In this document: in pieces, positions 39,472 to 48,878 of the stretch
Layout of the letters: the number at the start of each line of letters is the position of its first letter
Numbering within the stretch: the stretch's first letter is position 1
Assembly: GCA_044229845.1 (NCBI GenBank)
Contig: JBGASG010000004.1
Span: 160,001 to 224,000 of the forward strand
Source of the DNA: Candidatus Obscuribacteraceae bacterium
GTDB taxonomy: Bacteria; Cyanobacteriota; Vampirovibrionia; Obscuribacterales; Obscuribacteraceae
Length of the DNA: 64,000 nucleotides
Reading direction: 5' to 3'
Made by a program: the position numbers and the translations under genes
The notes under the pieces: generated by a model
Databases searched by the model: none
What the model saw: only the letters and a program-made list of their open reading frames with translations
What the model was told of the DNA's origin: nothing

Positions 39472-41784
39472 TTAGGGTTTCTCTTTTTCTTGGCGGGCGG
39501 TCAGGGTCTTGGTGGCGTTGGAGGCAACGAAAACGTTCTCGTCTTCCACCAGGGTCTTGAGCAGATACTCGGGAATATGAGGATTGGCCGACAGCCCCAG
39601 ACGCACATCTTCGCTGGGATCTTGAGCCAGCATTTCCAGAACCGAGGGTGGTGCATTCGGGTTTTCGCTGACACTCAAACGTACTTCCGTGCTGGCATCG
39701 CGAGCCAGTTTCAATAATAGTTCAGACGGGGCTTGCGAGTTTTCAGCGACGCGGCAACGGACGCGCTCGTTGGTGTCGTCTGCCAACTTGGCGAGAGCCA
39801 TCGGGGATGTGTGCGGATTGCTGGCGAGAATCAGACGCACGTGCGTTTCTTCATCGGTGCGATCGGACGCTTCAGGCGTTTCGTGCGTATGGACTTCGTA
39901 AATCGACTTGATGAGAGCAGATAATTTTTGCGACGTCACCGGCTTGGCAACGTAATAGTTCATCTTCAGCTTCAAGGCTTCCATGACGTCTTCGTCACGC
40001 TCGGAGACTGTCAGCAAGATGACCGGTATCTGGCGCAGTTCGGTGTCTGCCTTAATCTCTTCGAGCACCTCGTGCCCGTTTTTGCGCGGCATATTGAGGT
40101 CGAGCAGTATCACGTCCGGCATCTGCGTCGTCGCCGAGGCTTTCAAGCGATGCAAATAGTCCATCGCTTCGACGCCGTCATTGACCACTGCCAGGTCATA
40201 CTTGAAGTCGCATCTTTTCAAGGCTTCTTGAGTTAGTCGGACATCCGAGGGGGTGTCTTCGACCAGAAGTATCTCGATGCCTTCCTGCATGTTCGCTCTC
40301 CTTACTTTCCTCACTGCGGGCAGAGTGAAGAAGAATATTGACCCCTGTCCAACTTCTGACTCAACCCAGATTTTGCCGCCATGGGACTCGACTATCTTCT
40401 TACAAATGGCCAGTCCCATTCCAGTACCTGAGTATTGTCCCTTACCGTGCAGGCGAGAGAACATGTCAAACACCTTTTCTGCATATATTGGTGCAATCCC
40501 AATACAGTTGTCACGCACCGAGAACATGCACTGCTGGCGGTCGGTTTCGGCGCGAATATGAATCACGGGCGGTTCTTCGCCTCGATATTTAATGGCGTTG
40601 CTGATTAAGTTCTGGAAAAGCTGGACCATCTGGGTGTACTCGACATCGACATCGGGCAGCCGGTCGACTTCCAGGCGCGCTCCGGTTTCTTTGATAGAGG
40701 CATTCATGGCTGTCAGGACTTCTTCAATAACCTGGTTGCAATTAGTGACGAACTTCTCGCCTGAGTCATGTTCTGGAATGTGCGAGTGAACCAGAACCGA
40801 GCTGATCAGATTTTGCATGCGCCGGGTGCCGTCCAGAATGTACTCGAAAAATTCCTCAGAATCAGGGTCCAGCTTTCCCTTCAGATTGTCGGCCAGCAGA
40901 TGCACGAAGCCCTGAACCGTCTTCAACGGCTCCTGCAAATCATGTGAGGCAATCTTGGCGAATTGGCGCAATTCTTCGTTGCTCTGCTGCAGCTTCTCGG
41001 TGCGTTCTTGCACCAGGCGCTCCAGTTCTTCCGCCGAACGGCGGCGTTCGCTGATATCGCGCGCGAATGCGCAGTAGGTGTAGTCGAGGTCTTCCTTAAT
41101 GCGGAAGATGCCCATCTCGATTGGAAACTCGTGACCATCTTTGCGCACCGCGAAGACTTCGCGAGAGGTCCTGAGAATGCGCCCCTCGTTGGTCCCGAAG
41201 TACTGGGCGATGCCGCGCAAATACTGCCGGCGCAGGTGTACCGGCAAAATAATCGTCAGGCTCTGTCCCAGCACCTCATCACTGCGCCAGCCGAAAGTCT
41301 GCTCGGCCTGCGTATTCCAGTCGGTGATCCGCCATTCGGTATCCATGGAGACGAACGCATCATATGAGTTTTCGACGATGGCGCGCATGCGGTCTTGCTC
41401 TTTGCGCAGCGCCAGTTCAACCCGGTGGCGTTCCACCGCATACTGCAAACAACGCAGCACGGAAGCATCACCGGCGATACCTTTAATGACGTAATCCTGG
41501 GCACCGTTGCGGACCGCTTCCAGCGCCTGCCGATGGTTATCTTCCGATGTGAACACGACGATCGGGATGCCGGTTTCCATCTGCCGGACGCGATAGAACG
41601 TCTCGATGCCCATACTGTCGGGCAGCGACAGGTCCAGCAAGATGACGTCGATACCCGGTTCTTTCAAGCGCTCGATAGCCTTGGCGAGCGTATCCACGCA
41701 ATCTACGTCATTGCCGCGGCGCTCAAGGCTTATGCGGATCGACATCGATTGTGTCGGACTGTCTTCGACTACCAGAATGCGCAT
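39472..41784 (-). CDS. Hybrid sensor histidine kinase: REC-PAS-HisKA-HATPase-REC plus LRV-like repeats
   Basis: ILVVED, SHDLQEPL, FQNLISNAIKY, GTGMGLAIC; second REC (ILLVED..LLDLNMP); C-terminal VR..VAEN...P...L..LA.D repeats. Confidence 0.88.
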   Translation of the reverse strand: MRILVVEDSPTQSMSIRISLERRGNDVDCVDTLAKAIERLKEPGIDVILLDLSLPDSMGIETFYRVRQMETGIPIVVFTSEDNHRQALEAVRNGAQDYVIKGIAGDASVLRCLQYAVERHRVELALRKEQDRMRAIVENSYDAFVSMDTEWRITDWNTQAEQTFGWRSDEVLGQSLTIILPVHLRRQYLRGIAQYFGTNEGRILRTSREVFAVRKDGHEFPIEMGIFRIKEDLDYTYCAFARDISERRRSAEELERLVQERTEKLQQSNEELRQFAKIASHDLQEPLKTVQGFVHLLADNLKGKLDPDSEEFFEYILDGTRRMQNLISSVLVHSHIPEHDSGEKFVTNCNQVIEEVLTAMNASIKETGARLEVDRLPDVDVEYTQMVQLFQNLISNAIKYRGEEPPVIHIRAETDRQQCMFSVRDNCIGIAPIYAEKVFDMFSRLHGKGQYSGTGMGLAICKKIVESHGGKIWVESEVGQGSIFFFTLPAVRKVRRANMQEGIEILLVEDTPSDVRLTQEALKRCDFKYDLAVVNDGVEAMDYLHRLKASATTQMPDVILLDLNMPRKNGHEVLEEIKADTELRQIPVILLTVSERDEDVMEALKLKMNYYVAKPVTSQKLSALIKSIYEVHTHETPEASDRTDEETHVRLILASNPHTSPMALAKLADDTNERVRCRVAENSQAPSELLLKLARDASTEVRLSVSENPNAPPSVLEMLAQDPSEDVRLGLSANPHIPEYLLKTLVEDENVFVASNATKTLTARQEKEKP

Positions 41785-41877
41785 GCCCAATGGATTTTCC
41801 TCTGGAGACCGGAAAACCAGATAGATTGTACCACCGGACAGCAACTCAGCAGGAAACACCAGCAACGCCCGAAAGGC

Positions 41878-42807
41878 TCACCGGCGCTTGCTTGGCACCA
41901 AAAGCAAAGCGGACTTGACCAGGGTTTCGGGCGTTTTGCCGCATAGGACCCGTCCAGTGGGTGGCGGCTGACCGGCGTCGCAGTGTCCCGGCTCGCAGAG
42001 CTTTGCGTAAAGAGTGGACGAGGCGCCGCCGTCGAAGTTGATTGCGGCAGTGCAGCCCAGTTCTTTCATGAAGACTGCCAGTTGGTCTAATGTCACACCA
42101 CTAGACTCAGGGTCTTGCCCCTTGCCCGCCACCGTCACCATGAACGCTCGTCCATCGGAGGTGGTACCAAGTGCGGTGCGGGCTGCCGGGCGCAGCACGC
42201 CAATCGAATCGGCTTCTTTGCCGTCTGGCTCGGTGCGCAGAAACGCTTCCTGCCTCGCCGTCACCTCCGGCACCAATCGCGGACCGGCCTGGATGGACTG
42301 CATAAGGGTTAGTGCTTCCGGCACCGGCGCATTATGCGCAGCGATGGCAATCGTTTTGTTGCCCTTCTTGTCCTGATAAAATCGCACCTCTGTGCGGTCA
42401 AAAATCTTCTCCAGGTGCGGCTTCAATCTGGGATTTTCGACCAGCGCTCGATTGAGGTGCGGATCTGCAACCTGCTTGCCGTCCACAGTAATGTAGCTGG
42501 CGCTGACGCCGTCGGTCATATTGAAATAACCGGCATTGATACCGGCGCTGGCACCATTTTTCTCGGACAGCCGCGACGTGGGTTCAGTCTTCTCGCCGAC
42601 TGCCACTTTGAATTGCCACTGGCTGTTTTTGTCTATTTCGATGACGTAGGCTTTGCTGCCGTTGGTCATTTCGCGAGTATAAAACTTGGCGCCGTCGCGC
42701 GGATAAAGCGAAATTTTGCCGGAAGACGTAGCTGACCCCAGTTGCGCGGAGAGCAGCGCAACCGCTGCAGCCACGACAGATAAACCGACGATGTGAAACT
42801 TTTGCAT
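41878..42807 (-). CDS. Phosphodiester glycosidase (NAGPA-like) family secreted protein
   Basis: Signal peptide, INAGYF, AGPRLV, ARTALG, AINFDGGASS. Confidence 0.82.
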   Translation of the reverse strand: MQKFHIVGLSVVAAAVALLSAQLGSATSSGKISLYPRDGAKFYTREMTNGSKAYVIEIDKNSQWQFKVAVGEKTEPTSRLSEKNGASAGINAGYFNMTDGVSASYITVDGKQVADPHLNRALVENPRLKPHLEKIFDRTEVRFYQDKKGNKTIAIAAHNAPVPEALTLMQSIQAGPRLVPEVTARQEAFLRTEPDGKEADSIGVLRPAARTALGTTSDGRAFMVTVAGKGQDPESSGVTLDQLAVFMKELGCTAAINFDGGASSTLYAKLCEPGHCDAGQPPPTGRVLCGKTPETLVKSALLLVPSKRR

Positions 42808-42958
42808 AAAGCCTCGCAATACCGGCACTATAGCAGATCGCTCACCACCACCGCCGGTATCATCGCGATGTTTACAACTATAGATTAAACCGACTGCGCT
42901 CAGTGATTGCGTGGTAGAACGGATCAGCGGGGTTCTCTCAAACCGAGAGGTTATGTTC

Positions 42959-43546
42959 ATGACACAACAAGTTGCCTGGCCAGTCACAGTAGATATGGGA
43001 CTGATTCGCAAACGCGTGCATGCAATTATGTCCAAACTGAGCACTGAATTTCCGGAGACGGAGCGATATCTAAACAGTGTCTGCTATCGAGATGAAGTCC
43101 CATCCGAAGAAGTGCAGGATCGCATTCGCGCCCGCGTATTCGAACTGGTGGAATCGGACGGGCATCTCGAAGAATTTCCCGATTTCCAAAATCGAACCAG
43201 CGCCGGCATTCTCACGCAGTATTTGCTCGATGAGATATTCGGCTTTGGTCCGCTGGGACCGGTTCTGCGTGACCCGACCGTATGCGACATTCTGGTTGAT
43301 GGACCCGACTCGGTTTATGTTTTGCGCGATGGCGGCTATGAGAAGGCAGCGGTATTCTTTGAAAACACCGAGCACCTGCTTTTGACGATGTCGAAAATAC
43401 TCAGGCCGCTGGGGTGTGAGCTGACGGAAGAAACACCGACCGTGCAGACGCTGTTGCCGAATGGCTCCTGGGTAGTAGCGGCACTGCCGCCAAAGTCCAC
43501 GCCTCAGCACAACCCCACTTTCTTCATTCGCGCCGCGCGCAAGTAA
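42959..43546 (+). CDS. Stand-alone N-terminal domain of a CpaF/TadA-like pilus ATPase (no P-loop domain)
   Basis: DEIFGFGPLGPVLRDPTVCDILVDGP, PTVQTLLPNGS.V...LPP. Stop at the domain boundary; no Walker A. Confidence 0.7.
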   Translation: MTQQVAWPVTVDMGLIRKRVHAIMSKLSTEFPETERYLNSVCYRDEVPSEEVQDRIRARVFELVESDGHLEEFPDFQNRTSAGILTQYLLDEIFGFGPLGPVLRDPTVCDILVDGPDSVYVLRDGGYEKAAVFFENTEHLLLTMSKILRPLGCELTEETPTVQTLLPNGSWVVAALPPKSTPQHNPTFFIRAARK

Positions 43547-43767
43547 CCAGCACCCGTTCGCCAGGCACCGAATATGGTGCGCAGCGGATCAGTCGCGTAG
43601 CGAGCCCGGCTTCTACAAGAAACCACTGTAGATTAAATCGAGCACTCCGCTCCACATTGCGAGGCGGGTGAGTGGGAATTACCGTATTCCCTCTCACGAA
43701 GGGCGGTCTTAGTATGAAGGCTGCTCCCCGCACCCGCAGCTCCTTTGGCAGGAGAGGATCTCTATTG

Positions 43768-44682
43768 ATGCCTAATAACTCACATCACCAGGACAAGCCG
43801 CTATGGAATGATTCCTGGGCACGCACCTTCCCGCTGGAAGGCAACCAGGAATTTGCACAGCTATTGCAATGGCTGAAACAAGCCACGCCAGAGCAGATGT
43901 ATGATCGGCTAAAAGACGTAAAAGACCTGCAACCAGCCCTGACCATCTGCGATCACATTTTGTTCGCAACAGAGCGCCAGGGGCAGTTCGCCGCTTTAGC
44001 GTGCTTTGCCAAAGCGAAGCTGAGCAAAGGGCAACGCAACCTGAAGGACTATTATCTGAGCCTCCTCGAGGATGGCGTGCGCATCGGCAAGACTTGTTTG
44101 CCCGCCGATCATCCCAAGATGGTGAGCGCCCAAAGGATAATCAAAGAGAACATCAAGCTAGATCCCGACTTGGAATTGCACACCAGGCATTGGGAACGCC
44201 TTTCAAATCACATGAACGCGGCAATCAAACTGAAGGAAATGTCCCACGATAAGGTCGTAAGCCGCCTGGTATCTAGAGAGCTGGACGGCTGGACAGTTTT
44301 CTACCTGACGACGATGTTGGTTTCAGAGGTCTTCAACGGCGGATTCGAGCAATACTTCGGAAACAAGCAAGGCCGGCATGCCGAACAGGTGATTGCTTCA
44401 TTCGATGAGCTGGATTCTTTTATGGCGGAAACAGTCAGAGCCGCTTTCGCAATATTCTTCGAGCACCGCCACCGCCATTCGCTGTCGGCATCGCAACGCA
44501 CATCTCTCAAAGCTGGAGACATCGTACAAGCAAGCGCCGCACCGGGTCGATTCCAGGGCGATCATGAGCTCTACGCAAGTGTAGACCGGCAGTTCTCGTC
44601 GTGGGACTCGGAGTTCGTCGAAACCGTTGCCGACTACATTCGCGACAACGAGCATGAATTCGAGACTCTGCCAGAGTTGTAA
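43768..44682 (+). CDS. Protein with a C-terminal DUF4375/DMP19-like domain
   Basis: EVFNGGFEQYFGN; C-terminal YIRDN..EF; GGAGAGG RBS. Confidence 0.65.
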   Translation: MPNNSHHQDKPLWNDSWARTFPLEGNQEFAQLLQWLKQATPEQMYDRLKDVKDLQPALTICDHILFATERQGQFAALACFAKAKLSKGQRNLKDYYLSLLEDGVRIGKTCLPADHPKMVSAQRIIKENIKLDPDLELHTRHWERLSNHMNAAIKLKEMSHDKVVSRLVSRELDGWTVFYLTTMLVSEVFNGGFEQYFGNKQGRHAEQVIASFDELDSFMAETVRAAFAIFFEHRHRHSLSASQRTSLKAGDIVQASAAPGRFQGDHELYASVDRQFSSWDSEFVETVADYIRDNEHEFETLPEL

Positions 44683-44716
44683 AAACAGAAGGTCCGGGCA
44701 TAAAGCCCGGACCTTC
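44682..44716 (-). terminator. Intrinsic terminator between convergent genes
   Basis: GAAGGTCCGGGC-ATAAA-GCCCGGACCTTC, 12-bp stem; U tract on the minus strand. Confidence 0.8.
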
Positions 44717-44757
44717 ACTTCGCTTAGCACCATATCTGGTGCAGAGCTTTCAAACCA

Positions 44758-46263
44758 CTATTCGGCGAGGTTCATCCAAACACTCTTGATGTTGGAATAC
44801 AGCTCGATGGAGTGCTTGCCGAGCTCACGCCCGTAGCCGCTCATCTTGTATCCGCCGAACGGCATTTGTGGGTCGAACATGTTGTAGCAGTTGACCCAGA
44901 CTGTGCCGGCTTTGATCATCGAAGCAAACTTGTGGGCTTTCTTGACGTTGTTGGTCCAGACAGCACCGGACAAGCCGAAGGTGGTCTTGTTGGCTTGTTC
45001 CGCAACTTCTTCGACTGAGGTGAAAGGAATCACGGACAACACTGGTCCAAAGATTTCTTCCTGAGCAATCTTCATGTCGTTGTTGACGCCGGTGAAGATT
45101 GTCGGTTGGACGAAGTAGCCTTTGGCTAGCTCGCCTTGCGGACGGGCGCCGCCGCAAGCCAGTTTGGCGCCTTCTTTTTGACCGGCTTCGATGTATCCCA
45201 TGATCCGGTCCACTTGCTCTTTCGAGATTTGCGGACCGATCTGAGTTTTCTCATCGAGACCAGGGCCCTGGCGCATCTTGCCGACGCGCTCGAGCAGCTT
45301 GGTCATGAATTCGTCGTGGATGCCTTTCTCGAGGAAGAGGCGGCTGCCTGCGCAGCAGACTTGTCCCTGGTTGAAGAAGATGCCCATGATGGCGCCTTTG
45401 ACGGCGGCATCGATATCGGCATCGGCAAACACGATGTTGGGGGCTTTGCCGCCCAACTCGAGCGAGACACGCTTCAAGTTGCCGGTCGAGGCTTTGACGA
45501 TCTCTTTGCCGGTCTTGTCTTCGCCGGTGAAGGCGATTTTGTCGACATCCATATGGTTGGCGAGGAATTCGCCGGCGGAGTCTTTGCCGAAGCCCGGAAC
45601 GATGTTGATCACGCCTTCGGGGAAGCCCACTTCCATTGCCAGTTCACCGATACGAAGAGCGGTGAGCGGGGTTTGTTCGGCTGGCTTCAAGATCAGCGCG
45701 TTGCCGCAAGCCAGAGCCGGTCCCAGTTTCCACGCTGCCATCAGCATCGGGAAGTTCCAGGGAATGATCTGACCGACCACGCCCACCGGCTCGCGGAGGG
45801 TGTAGGTGTGGAACATCGGGTTGACGCTTGTGGTTTCGCCTTCCAGTTTGGTCACCCAACCGGCGTAATAGCGGAACGTTTCAACAGTCTGTACGACGTC
45901 TACCCAGCGGGATTCTTTGATGGGCTTGCCGTTGTCCAGTGTTTCCAGCTGAGCCATTTCATCGGCATGATCTTCGATGGCGTCCGCGAGTTTGTAGATC
46001 AAACGAGCGCGCTCGGCAGCTGAAAGTTTCTTGCGCCAGGCGCCTTCTTCAACCGCCTTGCGAGCGGCTTTGACAGCCTTGTCGATGTCGCCCTTGCCAC
46101 CTTCGGGAACCTTGGCGATAACTTCATCGGTTGCTGGGTTGTAGACTTCGAAAGTCTTGCCCGATTCGGCATCAACCCATTTGCCGTCGATGAGCATCTT
46201 CTTCGGCTTCTTCAGCCATTCTGTGACTGAAGGAGACACCAATTTTTCTTGCACTACGGCCAC
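44758..46263 (-). CDS. Aldehyde dehydrogenase
   Basis: IIPWNFP, LKPAEQT, LELGGK, FNQGQVCCAG, EEIFGP; GTG start with a GGAGGG RBS. Confidence 0.94.
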   Translation of the reverse strand: MAVVQEKLVSPSVTEWLKKPKKMLIDGKWVDAESGKTFEVYNPATDEVIAKVPEGGKGDIDKAVKAARKAVEEGAWRKKLSAAERARLIYKLADAIEDHADEMAQLETLDNGKPIKESRWVDVVQTVETFRYYAGWVTKLEGETTSVNPMFHTYTLREPVGVVGQIIPWNFPMLMAAWKLGPALACGNALILKPAEQTPLTALRIGELAMEVGFPEGVINIVPGFGKDSAGEFLANHMDVDKIAFTGEDKTGKEIVKASTGNLKRVSLELGGKAPNIVFADADIDAAVKGAIMGIFFNQGQVCCAGSRLFLEKGIHDEFMTKLLERVGKMRQGPGLDEKTQIGPQISKEQVDRIMGYIEAGQKEGAKLACGGARPQGELAKGYFVQPTIFTGVNNDMKIAQEEIFGPVLSVIPFTSVEEVAEQANKTTFGLSGAVWTNNVKKAHKFASMIKAGTVWVNCYNMFDPQMPFGGYKMSGYGRELGKHSIELYSNIKSVWMNLAE

Positions 46264-46492
46264 GTTTCGACCCTCCAGGAAATCTGTTTCAATTTCGGCT
46301 TTAGTTTTTAGATCCTTTCGCCTATGCATCAGCCTGAATCGGCTCCTGATGCGACTTCTAAAGATTAGCACGTTCGCATTGTTAAGATATATCCAAGAAA
46401 GGTAAGGTTGATCTAATCTCGGAGATGCCTAAACCCTGCTACTGGAGCTATTCTCAGTCCTCGCACCTCACCGATTGAGATATCCCGTGTAT

Positions 46493-47392
46493 ATGACGAC
46501 GCGACGAACCTATGCTGTCTCTGCTGTTTCTACGGCTTCCGCGGTGCTCACAGCCGCTATCCTCGCCCTGACCTCGACGACCAGTGTCGCGCTCGGTGCC
46601 GGCAAGATGAACTACATGCAGAAGATGAAGCTGGCTGAATCCATGTATTTCAACGGCAATATCGAAGGCGCCATCAGAGCCTTTCAGGGCGCCTGCGAAC
46701 TGAATCCCAAGGCATTCGAGCCTCACCTGGGTCTGGTCAACCTGCACGTCAGCAACACCGACCTGCCGGCAGCCATCGAAGAATGCCATGTCTGTCTGAA
46801 AATGAAACCCGACCATCGCGATGCCCACTTGATTCTGGGCAACCTTTTGCGAGCCCAGGCTTCCAACGAAGAAGACACCGAGAAGCAAAATGCGATGTTC
46901 AAGGAAGCCAAAGAAACCATCAGCAACGCTCTGGAACTGGGCGCCAACAAAGCCATGTGCGAGATGCAAAAAAACACCAAAGCCGACATCATGATGGGTC
47001 TGGGCAAGGCCGACGAAGCCGTCGAGCTCTACGAAGACGCGCTGGAAGACGATCCACATTACTTCCAGGAATGCATCGCCCTGGGCAACTATTACGCATC
47101 AAATGATGACTTCAAGAAAGGACTCGACTTCTTCCAGCGCGCCCATGACATAAAGCCGGCCAACCGCGATGCTATGTACGGACTGGCTTTGATGTTGGAG
47201 AAAAAAGGTGACACCACCGCCGCCATCACCGCCTTCAACGATGCGTTGATGACCGAAACCGACGCCACACTGAAAGCGACAATTTCGATGCACGTCAATC
47301 AACTGCGCGGCATCGGCAACACCGGTAAGAGCGAAACATCCAGCTTGCTGAAAATCAAACGCCCGCCGGGCGGCGAATCAGCCTCAGAATAA
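46493..47392 (+). CDS. Secreted TPR-repeat protein
   Basis: Signal-like N-terminus; TPR-like repeats. Confidence 0.75.
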   Translation: MTTRRTYAVSAVSTASAVLTAAILALTSTTSVALGAGKMNYMQKMKLAESMYFNGNIEGAIRAFQGACELNPKAFEPHLGLVNLHVSNTDLPAAIEECHVCLKMKPDHRDAHLILGNLLRAQASNEEDTEKQNAMFKEAKETISNALELGANKAMCEMQKNTKADIMMGLGKADEAVELYEDALEDDPHYFQECIALGNYYASNDDFKKGLDFFQRAHDIKPANRDAMYGLALMLEKKGDTTAAITAFNDALMTETDATLKATISMHVNQLRGIGNTGKSETSSLLKIKRPPGGESASE

Positions 47393-47398
47393 GTAAAG

Positions 47399-48745
47399 TT
47401 AGACCTGATCGAGCATTTCCAGAATCAGGATATTCCAACTCATGAAATTAGGCGCCCAGAGCGGGGCGCCTGTCTCGGCATTGTAGTTTTCGAATAACCC
47501 GGCGTGGTCGATAATGCTGTTAATGGCGGTGTTGATCGCGCGGTGTGCGACTTGCTGCGCCTCGCGTTTCAAGCCATGCCGGGCTAAGGCCCGAACAGCC
47601 AGTCCATTCGGCAATATCCACATCGGTCCCTGCCAATTTGAAACACGGGCTCGTCCGTATAATCCGCGCTTAGCCTGATTATAGAGATTCTCGGAAACCG
47701 CAACGGAAGCGACTCCTGCCGGACGCAAGAACTGCTGCTCGCTCAATATGTTCGATCTAAAAACCTGCTCGATACGCTCGGGCTTCACTGCATCGAAAAG
47801 CGCCGGCATCAGACCGCTGCAAGCCCGAAATGAAACTTGCTCACCATTTGAGGGATCGACATTGCAGTACATCTGCAATTTTTCGTTCCACATGCGTTCA
47901 TCAATGGCGATTGAGAGATCGGTGGCGCGCTTCGACCATTTGGCCGCCAGCTCTTTGTTGGCGGCTGCCGTGGCGATCGCTGCCACCGCTTTGAACTCAG
48001 CAAACAAATAAGCGCACAGATCAGTCGCCAGCAATCTGCCATCGGGATAAGCGACAGATTCGTTTTGATCTTTGGCGGCTTCAATCGGAGCCAGCAATGC
48101 GAGATTGTCGTCGATGCCGCTTTCAAGCACGTTGCGCCAATGAAAGAGTCCTTCCTTTTGTCGCGTGCGCACATAGTATTCGAGATAGCAATCCAGATCG
48201 GAAAGCAGGTTGGTCGGCAACGGCTCGTGAAAAGTTTCGTGCACGAAGAGCAGCGTTTGGGCAAGAAACGGTTTGCACATGTCGCCCGCATCCCAGATGC
48301 GTCCCGGCGAGACGGTACGCGGAATGTAGCCGTCCCCATGATTCAGACTGAGAAAGTTTGAGACGACGTCGGTTGCCAGATTTTTGATATCGATGCGCGG
48401 CGCTACCTGGCTGAAAAAACAAGAATCCCAGTCGTACATCTGCGGATAGTGTCCGACGGTAGAACGCTCCGCTACTGCGTCCGAGTCGTCAGATCCACCT
48501 TTGATACCATAGCTTGGAATGACATATCGATACTTGAGCTGCCCTTCCGCCGGCTGCACACACGTCAGAGCATTTTTGCGGAAGAACCGGTAGAAGAGCC
48601 GGTCGATCTCTCCCCTCGCCATCCCGCGGCGCCGATCCATCATGACGTACATGATATCGCTTTGATTGTCTGTCAAAGAGCCTCCTCTCCAGCCAAAATG
48701 TTGAAGCTCCCAGGCGCGGGAATTGAACAATACCTGCTGGCGCAC
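47399..48745 (-). CDS. GH63/trehalase-like (alpha/alpha)6 glycoside hydrolase
   Basis: YDWDSCF, KPFLAQ, ESGIDD, WQGPMW, ENYNAETG, FMSW. Confidence 0.8.
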   Translation of the reverse strand: MRQQVLFNSRAWELQHFGWRGGSLTDNQSDIMYVMMDRRRGMARGEIDRLFYRFFRKNALTCVQPAEGQLKYRYVIPSYGIKGGSDDSDAVAERSTVGHYPQMYDWDSCFFSQVAPRIDIKNLATDVVSNFLSLNHGDGYIPRTVSPGRIWDAGDMCKPFLAQTLLFVHETFHEPLPTNLLSDLDCYLEYYVRTRQKEGLFHWRNVLESGIDDNLALLAPIEAAKDQNESVAYPDGRLLATDLCAYLFAEFKAVAAIATAAANKELAAKWSKRATDLSIAIDERMWNEKLQMYCNVDPSNGEQVSFRACSGLMPALFDAVKPERIEQVFRSNILSEQQFLRPAGVASVAVSENLYNQAKRGLYGRARVSNWQGPMWILPNGLAVRALARHGLKREAQQVAHRAINTAINSIIDHAGLFENYNAETGAPLWAPNFMSWNILILEMLDQV

Positions 48746-48878
48746 CCAGATTCAAGAGCGTGACTGCGCCGGAACAGCTACTACCAAATTCGCGGCCGCC
48801 ATGATGGCCACTGGCGCCACAAGCCGACGGACAGCGTCGCAACCGCTTTGCGGTAAACAGATGGCGAGTTGGTGCGCG

